A stretch of 64,000 nucleotides of DNA from a virus, in IMG/VR virus record IMGVR_UViG_3300008119_000006; one strand, written 5' to 3'. Below, piece by piece: positions 19,726-29,523 of the stretch. The translations under genes and the position numbers were made by a program. The first letter of the stretch is position 1; each line of letters begins with the position of its first letter. The notes below the pieces were generated by a model. The model was not told the DNA's origin. It worked only from the letters and a program-made list of their open reading frames with translations, and did no database searches.

Positions 19726-20251
19726 GCAAAAACATTATATAAACAACGCTGACTTTCTTGCAGCCTTAGTAGATTATCAAGATAGAGTAAAGAAAGCAAA
19801 GAAGAATAAAACAGAACTACCTCCTATACCAAATTATATTGGAGAATGTTTCATGAAAATTGCAGAAGGTCTATCTCATAAACCTAACTTCATTAACTAC
19901 ACCTATCGTGATGAAATGATGTCTGATGGTATTGAAAACTGTTTAATGTATTTTGGTAATTTTGATCCAACCAAATCTAAAAATCCATTTGCCTATTTTA
20001 CTCAAATTATTTACTTTGCTTTTTTACGAAGAATCTCCAAAGAAAAGAAACAAACGTATGTAAAATACAAAGCTACCGAACAGATGGGTATTTTAGATGA
20101 GCTTGAAATGATGGAATTAGAAGATGGTACCACAAGACAATTTGAACTATACGATAATATTTCCGAGTTCATTGAAAACTTTGAAACGGCAAAAGAAAAT
20201 AAAAAAGCGGCAAAGAAGCCAAAAGGGATTGAAAAATTCTTAGACGAGTGA
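19715..20251 (+). CDS. gp55: late-transcription sigma factor
   Basis: HYINNADFL, YIGECFMKIAEGLS..PNFINY, FDPTKSKNPFAYFTQI. Confidence 0.96.
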   Translation: MATRQKHYINNADFLAALVDYQDRVKKAKKNKTELPPIPNYIGECFMKIAEGLSHKPNFINYTYRDEMMSDGIENCLMYFGNFDPTKSKNPFAYFTQIIYFAFLRRISKEKKQTYVKYKATEQMGILDELEMMELEDGTTRQFELYDNISEFIENFETAKENKKAAKKPKGIEKFLDE

Positions 20252-20257
20252 TATAAT
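20229..20257 (+). promoter_or_regulatory. sigma70-type promoter for gp47-gp46
   Basis: TTGAAA-17 nt-TATAAT with TGn extension. Confidence 0.7.
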
Positions 20258-20266
20258 ACTTAGATT

Positions 20267-21343
20267 ATGAAAATAGCAATTATAACCGACCAACATTTTG
20301 GAGCTAGAAATGATTCAATTCATTTCTTGGATTACTATGAGAAGTTCTATAAAAATACTTTCTTTCCTACTCTTGACAATAATGGTATTAATACTGTTCT
20401 CATACTTGGGGACACTTTTGACCGCCGTAAGTATGTAAACTTTTACTCCTTGAAAAGAACCAAGGATATGTTCTTTGATGAGTTAGCCAAACGAAACATT
20501 CAAGTTCATATGTTGGCAGGTAATCATGATACCTATTTCAAAAATACCAATGAAGTTAATTCGATAGACCTATTACTCAAAGAGTATACAAATATAAAAG
20601 TGATTGATAAACCCACCACAATATGGTTGGACAATGAAAAGTATCCTATTTGTATGATGCCTTGGATTTGTCCAGAGAATCATGATGATTCGATGTTTGT
20701 ATTATCTGATACCGATGCTAATATTTGTATGGGACATTTTGAAATTGCCGGCTTTGCCATGCATCGTGGTATGCCATCACATGAAGGACTAGACCGTGGA
20801 TTATTTAAAAAATTTAGTACTGTATTTTCAGGTCATTATCATCACCGTTCAAATCAAGATAATATCCGTTATCTTGGAAATCCTTACGAACTCACCTGGC
20901 AGGATTATAATGATCCGAGGGGCTTTCATTTGTTTGATATCGATACTCTTGATTTGGAATTTATTGAGAACCCAAACGTAATGTTTCATCGTATTACCTA
21001 TGATGATAAAGAAAATACCATCTCAGAAATGTTAGCCAAAGATTTAGACAAGTATACCGGAACATATGTTAAGGTGGTGGTAGTCAACAAAATCAATCCA
21101 CATCTATTTGACCGGTTTATGGATAAATTATATAAGGTTAATCCAATCGATATTACCATTGCGGAAGACTTTGCTGACTTGACAGAAGGCGTAGATGATG
21201 ATATGATTAATGAAGCTGAAGATACTATCACAATTATTAACAAGTTTGTGGATGGTATTTCAGAAGAACATATTGATAATGATAAACTCAAAACGGTATT
21301 AAAAGAACTGTATGTTGAGGCATTGAATCAGGAGCAAGCGTGA
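20267..21343 (+). CDS. gp47: recombination endonuclease subunit (Mre11/SbcD-like)
   Basis: TDQHFG, LGDTFDRR, GNHD, GHFE, SGHYH metallophosphoesterase motifs. Confidence 0.96.
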   Translation: MKIAIITDQHFGARNDSIHFLDYYEKFYKNTFFPTLDNNGINTVLILGDTFDRRKYVNFYSLKRTKDMFFDELAKRNIQVHMLAGNHDTYFKNTNEVNSIDLLLKEYTNIKVIDKPTTIWLDNEKYPICMMPWICPENHDDSMFVLSDTDANICMGHFEIAGFAMHRGMPSHEGLDRGLFKKFSTVFSGHYHHRSNQDNIRYLGNPYELTWQDYNDPRGFHLFDIDTLDLEFIENPNVMFHRITYDDKENTISEMLAKDLDKYTGTYVKVVVVNKINPHLFDRFMDKLYKVNPIDITIAEDFADLTEGVDDDMINEAEDTITIINKFVDGISEEHIDNDKLKTVLKELYVEALNQEQA

Positions 21344-21576
21344 ATAATAAAATTAAAGAGTTGGTTGAGAAGTCTGGATTATACATTGCATATGATAATC
21401 GTGAAGTAACTGATATTGAAATTGAATACTTTGCAAAACTAATTATTAATGAATGTGTGGATGCCGCTAGAAAATATACACTAGAACATTCAGGACTTTC
21501 AGAATCTTATAATGGTAAAGTTTTTGTATGTGAAGCAATCAAAGAACATTTTGGTAATGTTAAGGAACAATCATGA
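21340..21576 (+). CDS. hypothetical protein
   Basis: GTG start coupled to gp47 stop; KIKEL...FAKLIINEC...IKEHFG module. Confidence 0.7.
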   Translation: MNNKIKELVEKSGLYIAYDNREVTDIEIEYFAKLIINECVDAARKYTLEHSGLSESYNGKVFVCEAIKEHFGNVKEQS

Positions 21577-21941
21577 GTAAAATTGAAGAACTTAAAATAA
21601 ATGCTGGTGTAAATGATAATCCGGACCAAGAAGGATTAAATTTATTTGCTGATATGGTTATAACCGAGTATAAAGTTAGGGCTAGAGAACACATATTAGG
21701 AATTATGAACACTCAATCCTTTGACGAAAAAGTTGAAGAACTTAAAATATCTGCTGGCTTAGGTGATAATCCAGACCTAGAAGGATTAACTCGATTTGCT
21801 CAATGGATTATAATTGAATCAGCAAATGTGGCTGAACAATACCTTCCTGAATTTTCAGAAAATCCAGAACCAAATATTGATGCTAACATCGATGTTATCA
21901 ATCTTGTCAACGCACAGGTGGATACTCACTTTAGTCAATGA
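21573..21941 (+). CDS. hypothetical protein with internal duplication
   Basis: Two copies of K(I/V)EELKIxAGxxDNPDxEGLxxFAxxxI. Confidence 0.7.
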   Translation: MSKIEELKINAGVNDNPDQEGLNLFADMVITEYKVRAREHILGIMNTQSFDEKVEELKISAGLGDNPDLEGLTRFAQWIIIESANVAEQYLPEFSENPEPNIDANIDVINLVNAQVDTHFSQ

Positions 21942-23653
21942 TTATATTCCAAAAAGTCAGATGGAAAAACTTTCTTTCAACTGGTAATTCATTTACAGAA
22001 ATTGATTTTCAAAGGTCACCAAACACATTAATCATTGGTAATAATGGTGCGGGTAAGTCCACCATTCTAGATGCCTTGTGTTTTGGTCTTTTTGGTAAAC
22101 CATTTCGTAAGATTAATAAACCACAACTACTCAACTCTATTAATAATCAAGCTGCGGTTGTTGAGATTGAATTTGCCATTGGTAAAAAAGATTATAAGGT
22201 AGTTCGTGGTATTAAACCAAATGTATTTGAAGTCTGGTCCAATGGTGTTATGGTCGACCAAAATGCCGCATCGAAAGATTATCAAGAACACTTAGAGAAG
22301 TTCATTCTCAAATTAAATTTTAAGTCCTTTACTCAAGTTGTTATATTAGGTTCGGCATCATTTGTTCCATTTATGCAACTTACTCCTGCTGACCGAAGAG
22401 CAATCATTGAGGACTTATTAGACATTGGTATCTTCTCATCAATGAATGGTGTTGTCAAAGAAAGAATGTCAGAGATTAAAGAGCAGACAACAGCAAATAA
22501 GTATCAAATGGAACTTGCCGCTGAGAAGATTAAGTTTCAAAAACAAAATATAGAAGAACATAAAACTCGTTCTAATACCGAAATTGAAAAGAAGAAGAAA
22601 GAAGTCAATGACAGTATTGACCAAAACTTTACATTACAAAGAGATATTGGTTTAATTCAAAAACACATTGATGTGTTACAGAGCAAGATACAAGATAAAT
22701 TAAATATAGAAAAGAAAAGTACCAAACTAATTCAATTAGAGTCCAAACTAGAATCTCGTTTAAAGAAATTAGAAAAGGAGTATAAATTCTATGAAGAAAA
22801 CCACGACTGTCCGACCTGTAAACAAAGTATCGCTGACACCTTCAGACGTAGCCAGCTTAGTGGAATCGATAAAACAAAAGGAGAAATTGGAGTTGGAATC
22901 CAAGATATTGAAACAAAAATCCAAGCGGCGAACAACCGTATTGAACAAATCCAAAAAATAGTTAAACACATACAGGACCATAATAATGAAATCGTCAAAC
23001 ACAACTCCACAATTTCAGCAATCAATACTTACATTAATAAACTCCAAAAGGAAATTGAAGAACTTGCAGCCACTAAAGACAATCTTGAGGATGAAAACGA
23101 CAAGTTAAAAGAACTACAACAGGAACTTGGTGAGTTAGTTAGTAAACAAAAAGAGATATCTGAACAAAAACAATATTATGAATATGCCGGTTCTCTATTA
23201 AAAGATACTGGTATTAAGACCAAGATTATTCGTCAATACTTACCTATTATGAACAAGTTGATTAATAAGTATTTGACTGCCATGGATTTCTTTGTAAACT
23301 TTAATATCAATGAATCGTTTGAAGAAACAATTAAATCAAGGCACCGTGATGAGTTCTCTTATGCCAATTTCTCCGAAGGTGAGAAGATGCGTATTGACTT
23401 GGCCTTGTTATTTACATGGCGTCAGATTGCCAAGTTAAAAAACTCCACTAACACCAATCTATTAATATTAGATGAAGTGTGTGATAGTAGTTTAGATGGT
23501 GTTGGTACAGATGAGTTTTTAAAATTGATTCATGATGTTGGTTCTGATACCAATGTATTTGTTATCAGCCATAAGGGCGACCAGTTGTTTGATAAGTTTA
23601 GATCCGTTATCCGTTTTGAAAAGAAAAATAATTTTAGTCAGATTGCAAAATGA
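21938..23653 (+). CDS. gp46: recombination ATPase subunit (Rad50/SbcC-like)
   Basis: GNNGAGKST, zinc hook CPTC, signature FSEGEK, Walker B LILDE. Confidence 0.97.
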   Translation: MIIFQKVRWKNFLSTGNSFTEIDFQRSPNTLIIGNNGAGKSTILDALCFGLFGKPFRKINKPQLLNSINNQAAVVEIEFAIGKKDYKVVRGIKPNVFEVWSNGVMVDQNAASKDYQEHLEKFILKLNFKSFTQVVILGSASFVPFMQLTPADRRAIIEDLLDIGIFSSMNGVVKERMSEIKEQTTANKYQMELAAEKIKFQKQNIEEHKTRSNTEIEKKKKEVNDSIDQNFTLQRDIGLIQKHIDVLQSKIQDKLNIEKKSTKLIQLESKLESRLKKLEKEYKFYEENHDCPTCKQSIADTFRRSQLSGIDKTKGEIGVGIQDIETKIQAANNRIEQIQKIVKHIQDHNNEIVKHNSTISAINTYINKLQKEIEELAATKDNLEDENDKLKELQQELGELVSKQKEISEQKQYYEYAGSLLKDTGIKTKIIRQYLPIMNKLINKYLTAMDFFVNFNINESFEETIKSRHRDEFSYANFSEGEKMRIDLALLFTWRQIAKLKNSTNTNLLILDEVCDSSLDGVGTDEFLKLIHDVGSDTNVFVISHKGDQLFDKFRSVIRFEKKNNFSQIAK

Positions 23654-24195
23654 GTATATTAAGAGAATACACCAACGCCAAACACAGAGAGGTAGAAGCA
23701 CATCCTTTTGTGCAATATCTATTGGGTGGTACAATCACTAAAGAACACTATGGTATGTACCTACAACAAATGTATGTTGTTTATAGTAATCTAGAATATT
23801 ATGCTTCAACTGCTGGTCTCACTTGGGACTTGCCCGATTTGCGTAGAGCGAAGTATATTGAAAAGGACTTAGGTGAACTGCATATGTGGGATCCATCAAT
23901 AAGATATTCAAGTACAGAAAAGTATCGTAACCGATTCGTTGAATTAAATTATGATAACACTAATCGGCCCAAATTATTGGCTCATGTTTATGTAAGACAT
24001 ATGGGTGATTTATATGGTGGTAAAATTATTGCTAAGAGAGTTCCTGGTTCAGGATTGGCATATCAGTTTCAAGATAGGCCTGCTTTGATTAAAGCACTTG
24101 ATGCAAAACTGAGTACAGACCTTGTTGATGAAGCCTTATTAGGTTTTGATTTGTCAGCAGGTATCTTTGATGAATTATGGGAGAACATGAAATGA
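23650..24195 (+). CDS. heme oxygenase
   Basis: LREYTNAKHREVE (proximal His), AHVYVRHMGDLYGGKII distal-helix motif. Confidence 0.9.
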   Translation: MSILREYTNAKHREVEAHPFVQYLLGGTITKEHYGMYLQQMYVVYSNLEYYASTAGLTWDLPDLRRAKYIEKDLGELHMWDPSIRYSSTEKYRNRFVELNYDNTNRPKLLAHVYVRHMGDLYGGKIIAKRVPGSGLAYQFQDRPALIKALDAKLSTDLVDEALLGFDLSAGIFDELWENMK

Positions 24196-24767
24196 CCGAA
24201 CTATTTAAAATTAATACAGAAGATGCCGTAAAAGAATCGGTATCATTACCTAAAGGAAGTATTCCTACTTTTAGATTGGTGTCTGAGGACCATCCAATCT
24301 TAAAAGAAGTAATGCCTGAATTTGATTTCACAACACCACCAGTTAATCCAAATGAGCTTGCCTCATCTTTGGTTGAGACCTGTAAGTTACACAAAGGTTA
24401 TGGATTATCTGCCAACCAATGTGGTTTCAAATACCGAGTTTTTGTTATGGGTGCCGAAGATAACTTTGTGGCACATTACAATCCAAAATTGTTAAAATCG
24501 TATGATGAAAAACATATGGTAGAAGGATGCCTTTCTTTTCCATTTTTAGGATTGTCTATTACCAGACCCGCAATGATTGATGTAGAATACCAAGACTTTA
24601 ATGGTGAGAAAAAAACGGCAACTTATTCTGGTATATCTGCTCGTTGTTTCCTACATGAGCTTGACCACATGAATGGAATAGTGTATACTAGTCGTGTTAA
24701 ACCAATGGCATTGCAATCTGGCATGAAGAAACGAAATAAATTAATGAAGAAAATCGGCTTAAAATAA
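24192..24767 (+). CDS. def: peptide deformylase
   Basis: GYGLSANQCG, EGCLS, HELDH motifs. Confidence 0.95.
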   Translation: MTELFKINTEDAVKESVSLPKGSIPTFRLVSEDHPILKEVMPEFDFTTPPVNPNELASSLVETCKLHKGYGLSANQCGFKYRVFVMGAEDNFVAHYNPKLLKSYDEKHMVEGCLSFPFLGLSITRPAMIDVEYQDFNGEKKTATYSGISARCFLHELDHMNGIVYTSRVKPMALQSGMKKRNKLMKKIGLK

Positions 24768-26026
24768 TGGCAACACCAATTGAGTTTGTAGAATCGCAAT
24801 GGAAAAAATGGTCGGCAAATAATACGACCTTTGAACATATTGATGAAAATGGTATGAAAGAAGTCCTCATCAAGGACTTAACATACGCTTCTCAAATGGA
24901 TGTTCGTGAGTATACTTTATACCAAAAGTGGTGTGAAGTAAAAGAAAGATATCCTGTTCATGAAGTATCTACATTATTTGGTTCTGAAACCATGATGGTG
25001 GATCCTGAACAAAAGAAATTAGTTGATAAAGTAAAATCTAATTTTTGGATGCCACAAGAACCTGATGATTATGAGAAATTGAAACCTGTTATGGTTCTCT
25101 CTAATGGTCCTGATGCCGAAAGATGGAATGCAATTCGTACATTCTCATCTACAATGAAAAACAACTCTAACATTGGCCGTAACCTTTTTTATGTTTTAAC
25201 AGATGAGGTAACTAATAAATACCTTGGTGTCATCTGTATCTCCTCAGATTTCTTGGACTTAACTCCGAGAGATAATGCAATCGGATGGTCGAGAGATATT
25301 AAGACACAGCAACACATGATTAACCATACTGCAATCGGTTCTACAATTGTTCCATTACAACCACTTGGTTTTAATTACATGGGTGGTAAATTGTTGGCAC
25401 TAATGTGTTTGTCCGATACAGTTCAAAAGGATTGGAAAAAACAATATGGAGATGTCCTTGTTGGAGTTACAACTACTAGTCTTTATGGGAATACTAAGTC
25501 TGGGGGCCTATCTCAGTATGATGGATTAGAACATTGGAATAAAATGGGATTCTCCTCAGGTTCTGTGGCATTTGAACCTAGTAGAGCAACCAAAAAACTA
25601 GTGTTTGACTGGATTAAAGAAAACCATACTCGTAAATATTTTGAATGGTGGGAAGCCAAGAATACTCAAGGCCTTCCACTTAAGCGTGACCACAAAAATA
25701 GGTCATTAAACTTTGCCTACTCCAAATTAGGTATTCCTAAACAACTCATTCGTACCGAACATCAACGTGGCATCTATTTTAGTCCACTCTATAATAATAC
25801 CAATGAATATCTCCGTAAGGAAATTACAGATGAGGCATTGGTAAAGTCTTTCGATACCAGTGAAGAAGCATTGAGTAATATTTGGAAAACCAAGTATGCC
25901 AAAGGCCGTATTCGGCAGTTACAAAAAAAGAATACGGTATCTTACGAAACTCTTTTCTATGACGACCTTATTTACCTGTCATGGGAAGATACCAAAGCGA
26001 AATATTTACCACAAGTTGGTCGATAA
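24767..26026 (+). CDS. DUF4338/DruA-like protein (Mom-related GNAT-like fold inferred), paralog 1
   Basis: GRNLFY, LTPRDNAIGW, PLGFNYMGGKLLA, DWKKQYGDVL..TTTSLYG, SQYDG, WNKMGFSSG. Confidence 0.8.
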   Translation: MATPIEFVESQWKKWSANNTTFEHIDENGMKEVLIKDLTYASQMDVREYTLYQKWCEVKERYPVHEVSTLFGSETMMVDPEQKKLVDKVKSNFWMPQEPDDYEKLKPVMVLSNGPDAERWNAIRTFSSTMKNNSNIGRNLFYVLTDEVTNKYLGVICISSDFLDLTPRDNAIGWSRDIKTQQHMINHTAIGSTIVPLQPLGFNYMGGKLLALMCLSDTVQKDWKKQYGDVLVGVTTTSLYGNTKSGGLSQYDGLEHWNKMGFSSGSVAFEPSRATKKLVFDWIKENHTRKYFEWWEAKNTQGLPLKRDHKNRSLNFAYSKLGIPKQLIRTEHQRGIYFSPLYNNTNEYLRKEITDEALVKSFDTSEEALSNIWKTKYAKGRIRQLQKKNTVSYETLFYDDLIYLSWEDTKAKYLPQVGR

Positions 26027-26030
26027 ACGC

Positions 26031-26059
26031 TTGACAACACACATACATAATGATATACT
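26031..26059 (+). promoter_or_regulatory. sigma70-type promoter
   Basis: TTGACA-17 nt-TATACT with TGn extension. Confidence 0.85.
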
Positions 26060-26111
26060 GTGTGAACTTGCTTAAGGCAAGGATTTTTTAACTTTACTAT
26101 GGAGTATTACA

Positions 26112-26375
26112 ATGAGCAATTTATCTGCTAAAGAAAAGATGTTGAACGCCTTACAACAACCTTCAGGTTACAACACTTTTACTGTCAAACAAGCACAACG
26201 CCGTTTCGGCATTACCAATGTTACCGCCCGCATTGACGAACTCCGTCAAGAAGGTCATGTAATCTACACAAACAAAAAAGTTGTAGATGGTAAAAAAGTT
26301 GCTTTCTATCGCATGGGCAAGCCAACTAAGGCTTTAGTTCGTGCAGCTATCAAATCAGGTTATTCACTAACCTAA
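26112..26375 (+). CDS. small winged-HTH DNA-binding protein
   Basis: FTVKQAQRRFGITNVTARIDELRQEGHVIY pattern; has its own promoter and terminator. Confidence 0.7.
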   Translation: MSNLSAKEKMLNALQQPSGYNTFTVKQAQRRFGITNVTARIDELRQEGHVIYTNKKVVDGKKVAFYRMGKPTKALVRAAIKSGYSLT

Positions 26376-26384
26376 TCTGTGTGT

Positions 26385-26407
26385 AGGGGACTTAGGTCCC
26401 CTTTTTT
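26385..26407 (+). terminator. rho-independent terminator
   Basis: AGGGGAC-TTAG-GTCCCCT plus T run. Confidence 0.88.
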
Positions 26408-26425
26408 AATATTATCGGAGTCCAA

Positions 26426-27322
26426 ATGGAAATATCAATTAAAAAAGAAGATTTACAAAATAAACGGTTATTCGTAGCGACACCGATGTATGGTGGCCAA
26501 AATCATGGCCTGTATATGAAAGCGTGCCTTGACTTACAAGGTATGTGTATGCAGTATGGCATACAAGTCAAATTCTCATTCTTATTTAATGAGTCCTTAA
26601 TTACTAGAGCTCGCAACTATTTGGTTGACGAGTTTATTCATCGTTCCGATTGTACACATATGTTGTTCATCGATTCCGATATTCATTTTAATCCACAAGA
26701 TGTAATTGCTTTGTTAGCACTAGACAAAGATGTTGCTGGTGGTCCTTATCCTAAGAAAGCCATTAAATGGCGTGCAGTCAAACGTGCTATTGAAAAGAAT
26801 CCTAATTTAGAACCAGGTATGCTTGAAAAAGTTACTGGTGATTATGTATTTAATCCTGTTAAAGGCACGGCACAATTCCAAGTAACAGAACCATTAGAAG
26901 TTATGGAGATTGGTACTGGCTTTATGATGATTAAGCGTGAAGTGTTTGCAAAATGGGAAGCAGCGTATCCTGAATTCCGTTACAAACCTGACCATGTTGG
27001 CCAAGCTAACTTTGATGGTTCACGTTACATTCATGCCTATTTTGATACTGTTATTGATAACGGTTATCCTTTTGACCATGTACATTCTTTAATGAAAGAT
27101 GCTGCTGAAGGTAAAGATGTTAAAGATGGATTTAAAAAATTATTAGATATGGAAGCAGGCGCATCACATCGTTATCTATCCGAAGATTATATGTTCTGCC
27201 AATACTGGCGTAACATTGGCGGTAAAATTTGGTTGTGTCCTTGGATGAAAACAGCACACATTGGCACTTACCATTTCCAAGGAGATATGCCAGCAGTTGC
27301 TAATTTTGTTGGAGAAATGTAA
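26426..27322 (+). CDS. GT-A fold glycosyltransferase-like protein
   Basis: FVATPMYGG, ESLITRARN, LFIDSD (DxD), GTGFMMI, SEDYMFC, HIG. Confidence 0.75.
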   Translation: MEISIKKEDLQNKRLFVATPMYGGQNHGLYMKACLDLQGMCMQYGIQVKFSFLFNESLITRARNYLVDEFIHRSDCTHMLFIDSDIHFNPQDVIALLALDKDVAGGPYPKKAIKWRAVKRAIEKNPNLEPGMLEKVTGDYVFNPVKGTAQFQVTEPLEVMEIGTGFMMIKREVFAKWEAAYPEFRYKPDHVGQANFDGSRYIHAYFDTVIDNGYPFDHVHSLMKDAAEGKDVKDGFKKLLDMEAGASHRYLSEDYMFCQYWRNIGGKIWLCPWMKTAHIGTYHFQGDMPAVANFVGEM

Positions 27323-27885
27323 TGCGTACACCTGACGGTGAAAATACGGTACATGAACCACCAAATGATTGGTTAAAGGAACATAGAATGAAAACTTACG
27401 GAACTTACGGAACTTACGGCACAACGGGCAATTTTAAAACTTATGGTGTTTACACCGGCAAATCTTTAACTGTTGATGATGCGGCTGAGGCGGCTAAATT
27501 TGTTAAAGAAGCGCCTTATCATCCAGGTTATGAAGGCGCTGCTGTTGAAGATATTGTTAAATCATCACAAACGGCCACCACGGGTGGTCGTAAATTTGAC
27601 GGTGGTAAACTGCAATATGGTTTAGTACCACCAAACGCACTAAAGGCAACAGTAGAAATTTTAACCTTTGGTGCAGAGAAGTATGAACCAGATAATTGGA
27701 AAAAAGTTCCTGACGCCAAGCGTAGATACTTTGATGCCATGCAACGGCATCTTTGGGCTTGGAAATCAGGTGAACAAGACGACCAAGAAACTGGTAAGAA
27801 TCACTTAGCACATGCGCTGTGCTGCTTGATGTTTTTATATGAACATGATACAATTGATTTTTTAGATAATGGAGAAGTAAAATGA
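27322..27885 (+). CDS. dATP/dGTP diphosphohydrolase domain protein (DUF5664-like)
   Basis: GRKFDGGKLQYGLVP, FGAEKYEPDNW, AMQRH, DQETGKNHLAHA; possible alternative start at 27388 (AAGGA RBS). Confidence 0.85.
   Translation: MRTPDGENTVHEPPNDWLKEHRMKTYGTYGTYGTTGNFKTYGVYTGKSLTVDDAAEAAKFVKEAPYHPGYEGAAVEDIVKSSQTATTGGRKFDGGKLQYGLVPPNALKATVEILTFGAEKYEPDNWKKVPDAKRRYFDAMQRHLWAWKSGEQDDQETGKNHLAHALCCLMFLYEHDTIDFLDNGEVK
27393..27419 (+). repeat. 9-bp tandem repeat x3 (AACTTACGG), encoding TYG x3
   Basis: Direct reading. Confidence 0.9.
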
Positions 27886-28559
27886 AGCTATCAACCGAAA
27901 CACTTAATGTTTTGAAAAACTTTGCCTCAATTAACCAAGGCATTCAATTCAAAAAAGGTAAAGAACTTAAAACTATGTCTGGCGGTAAGTCAGTCCTAGC
28001 CAAGGCCGGAATCAAAGACGAAGTTCCAGAAGATTTTTGTATCTATGATTTGAATCAATTTCTATCGGTGAATTCTTTATTCAAAGATTCTGCTGAATTG
28101 GACTTTGATACCGCAAATGTTATTTTCAAATCTGGTCGTAAGAAAATGGCTTATCGTAAAACCGATAAATCAATGATTACAGTTCCGCCAGAAAAAGATT
28201 TAAATATTGGTGATGTTGATTGCCAATTTACTTTAAGTGAAGAAGATTACAAATGGCTTTTAGATACTTCTAGAGTGCTTTCTTCACCACACATTGCAAT
28301 TCAATCTGATGGTACTAAAGCTGAGTTAATTACTTTTGATGCTGAAGATGATTCAGCACACACCAACTCAGTTGAAATTTCTGAAGGCAGATGGCCTAAT
28401 GGTAAACCATTTAAGATTGTGTTTAGTGCAACAAATATTAAAATGATTCCAGGTCATTATGATGTTCAAGTTTCATTCAAAGGCATTACACACTTCAAAA
28501 ATAGCAAAGATGATATTGAGTATTGGATTGCATCTGAATCAAAATTCAGCAAAGTATAA
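27882..28559 (+). CDS. gp45: sliding clamp
   Basis: MKLSTETLNVLKNFASINQGI, FCIYDLNQFL, YWIASE. Confidence 0.95.
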   Translation: MKLSTETLNVLKNFASINQGIQFKKGKELKTMSGGKSVLAKAGIKDEVPEDFCIYDLNQFLSVNSLFKDSAELDFDTANVIFKSGRKKMAYRKTDKSMITVPPEKDLNIGDVDCQFTLSEEDYKWLLDTSRVLSSPHIAIQSDGTKAELITFDAEDDSAHTNSVEISEGRWPNGKPFKIVFSATNIKMIPGHYDVQVSFKGITHFKNSKDDIEYWIASESKFSKV

Positions 28560-28590
28560 TTGAGTAGTAAATTTATCATGGGAGTATTGA

Positions 28591-29523
28591 ATGAATCATC
28601 TATTATGGGTCGAGAAGTATCGACCATCCAGAGTGGAAGATTGTATCCTACCGGATGCAATCAAATCCACATTCTTAGAGTATGTCGCTAAAAAAGAAAT
28701 ACCAAATTTATTATTATCGGGTTCGGCTGGTGTTGGCAAAACTACAATCGCAAAGGCACTCTGTGAAGAAGTTGGCTGTGATTATATTGTCATCAATGGC
28801 TCCGATGAATCTGGTATTGATGTCTTGCGTACTAAAATTAAAAACTACGCTTCATCGGTTTCTCTTTCAGGTGGAAGAAAAGTGGTTATCATTGATGAAG
28901 CCGACTATCTTAATCCTAATTCAACTCAACCAGCAATGCGTGGCGCAATTGAGGAGTTTTCCTCAAACTGTTCGTTCATATTCACCTGTAATTTCAAAAA
29001 TCGTATCATCGATCCAATCCACTCTCGTTGCTCTGTCATTGATTTTAAAATCAACGGTTCTAAACAAGCAATGGCTGCACAGTTCTTTAAAAGAGTTGAG
29101 TGGATCCTTGAGCAAGAAGGTGTCACATATTCGAAAGATGCCGTTGCAGCAGTTATTACAAAACACTTCCCGGACAATCGTAGGGTTCTTAACGAACTTC
29201 AGCGCTATGCCGTTTCTGGAAATATCGATGCTGGTATTGTTGCCTCTGTTGCTGATGTACAACTTGGGCCTTTGGTGGCTGCGTTAAAAGATAAAGATTT
29301 TGCATCTGTTCGTAAGTGGGTCACCAATAACCTTGACAATGACCCCGTAAAGATTTATCGTAAACTTTATGATGGACTATACGAAGTTCTTAAAGCCAAT
29401 TCGGTTCCGCAATTGGTCCTACATCTATCTAAATATCAATATCAATCAGCATTCGTGGCCGACCATGAAATTAATATGGTCGCTTGTTTGACTGAAATTA
29501 TGGTTGATTGTGAATTCAAGTAA
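28591..29523 (+). CDS. gp44: clamp loader large subunit
   Basis: LWVEKYRP, GSAGVGKTT, IDEAD, SRC motif. Confidence 0.97.
   Translation: MNHLLWVEKYRPSRVEDCILPDAIKSTFLEYVAKKEIPNLLLSGSAGVGKTTIAKALCEEVGCDYIVINGSDESGIDVLRTKIKNYASSVSLSGGRKVVIIDEADYLNPNSTQPAMRGAIEEFSSNCSFIFTCNFKNRIIDPIHSRCSVIDFKINGSKQAMAAQFFKRVEWILEQEGVTYSKDAVAAVITKHFPDNRRVLNELQRYAVSGNIDAGIVASVADVQLGPLVAALKDKDFASVRKWVTNNLDNDPVKIYRKLYDGLYEVLKANSVPQLVLHLSKYQYQSAFVADHEINMVACLTEIMVDCEFK

Noticed and set aside
23470-23495. gp46 D-loop reads DEVCDSSLD where DEVFD is more usual
   Set aside because: A single-base difference that could be a variant or sequencing error; catalytic residues are intact.
27322-27885. Z-base (2-aminoadenine) or 7-deazaguanine genome
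   Set aside because: No purZ, dpdA or que genes in this window; the hydrolase alone is insufficient.
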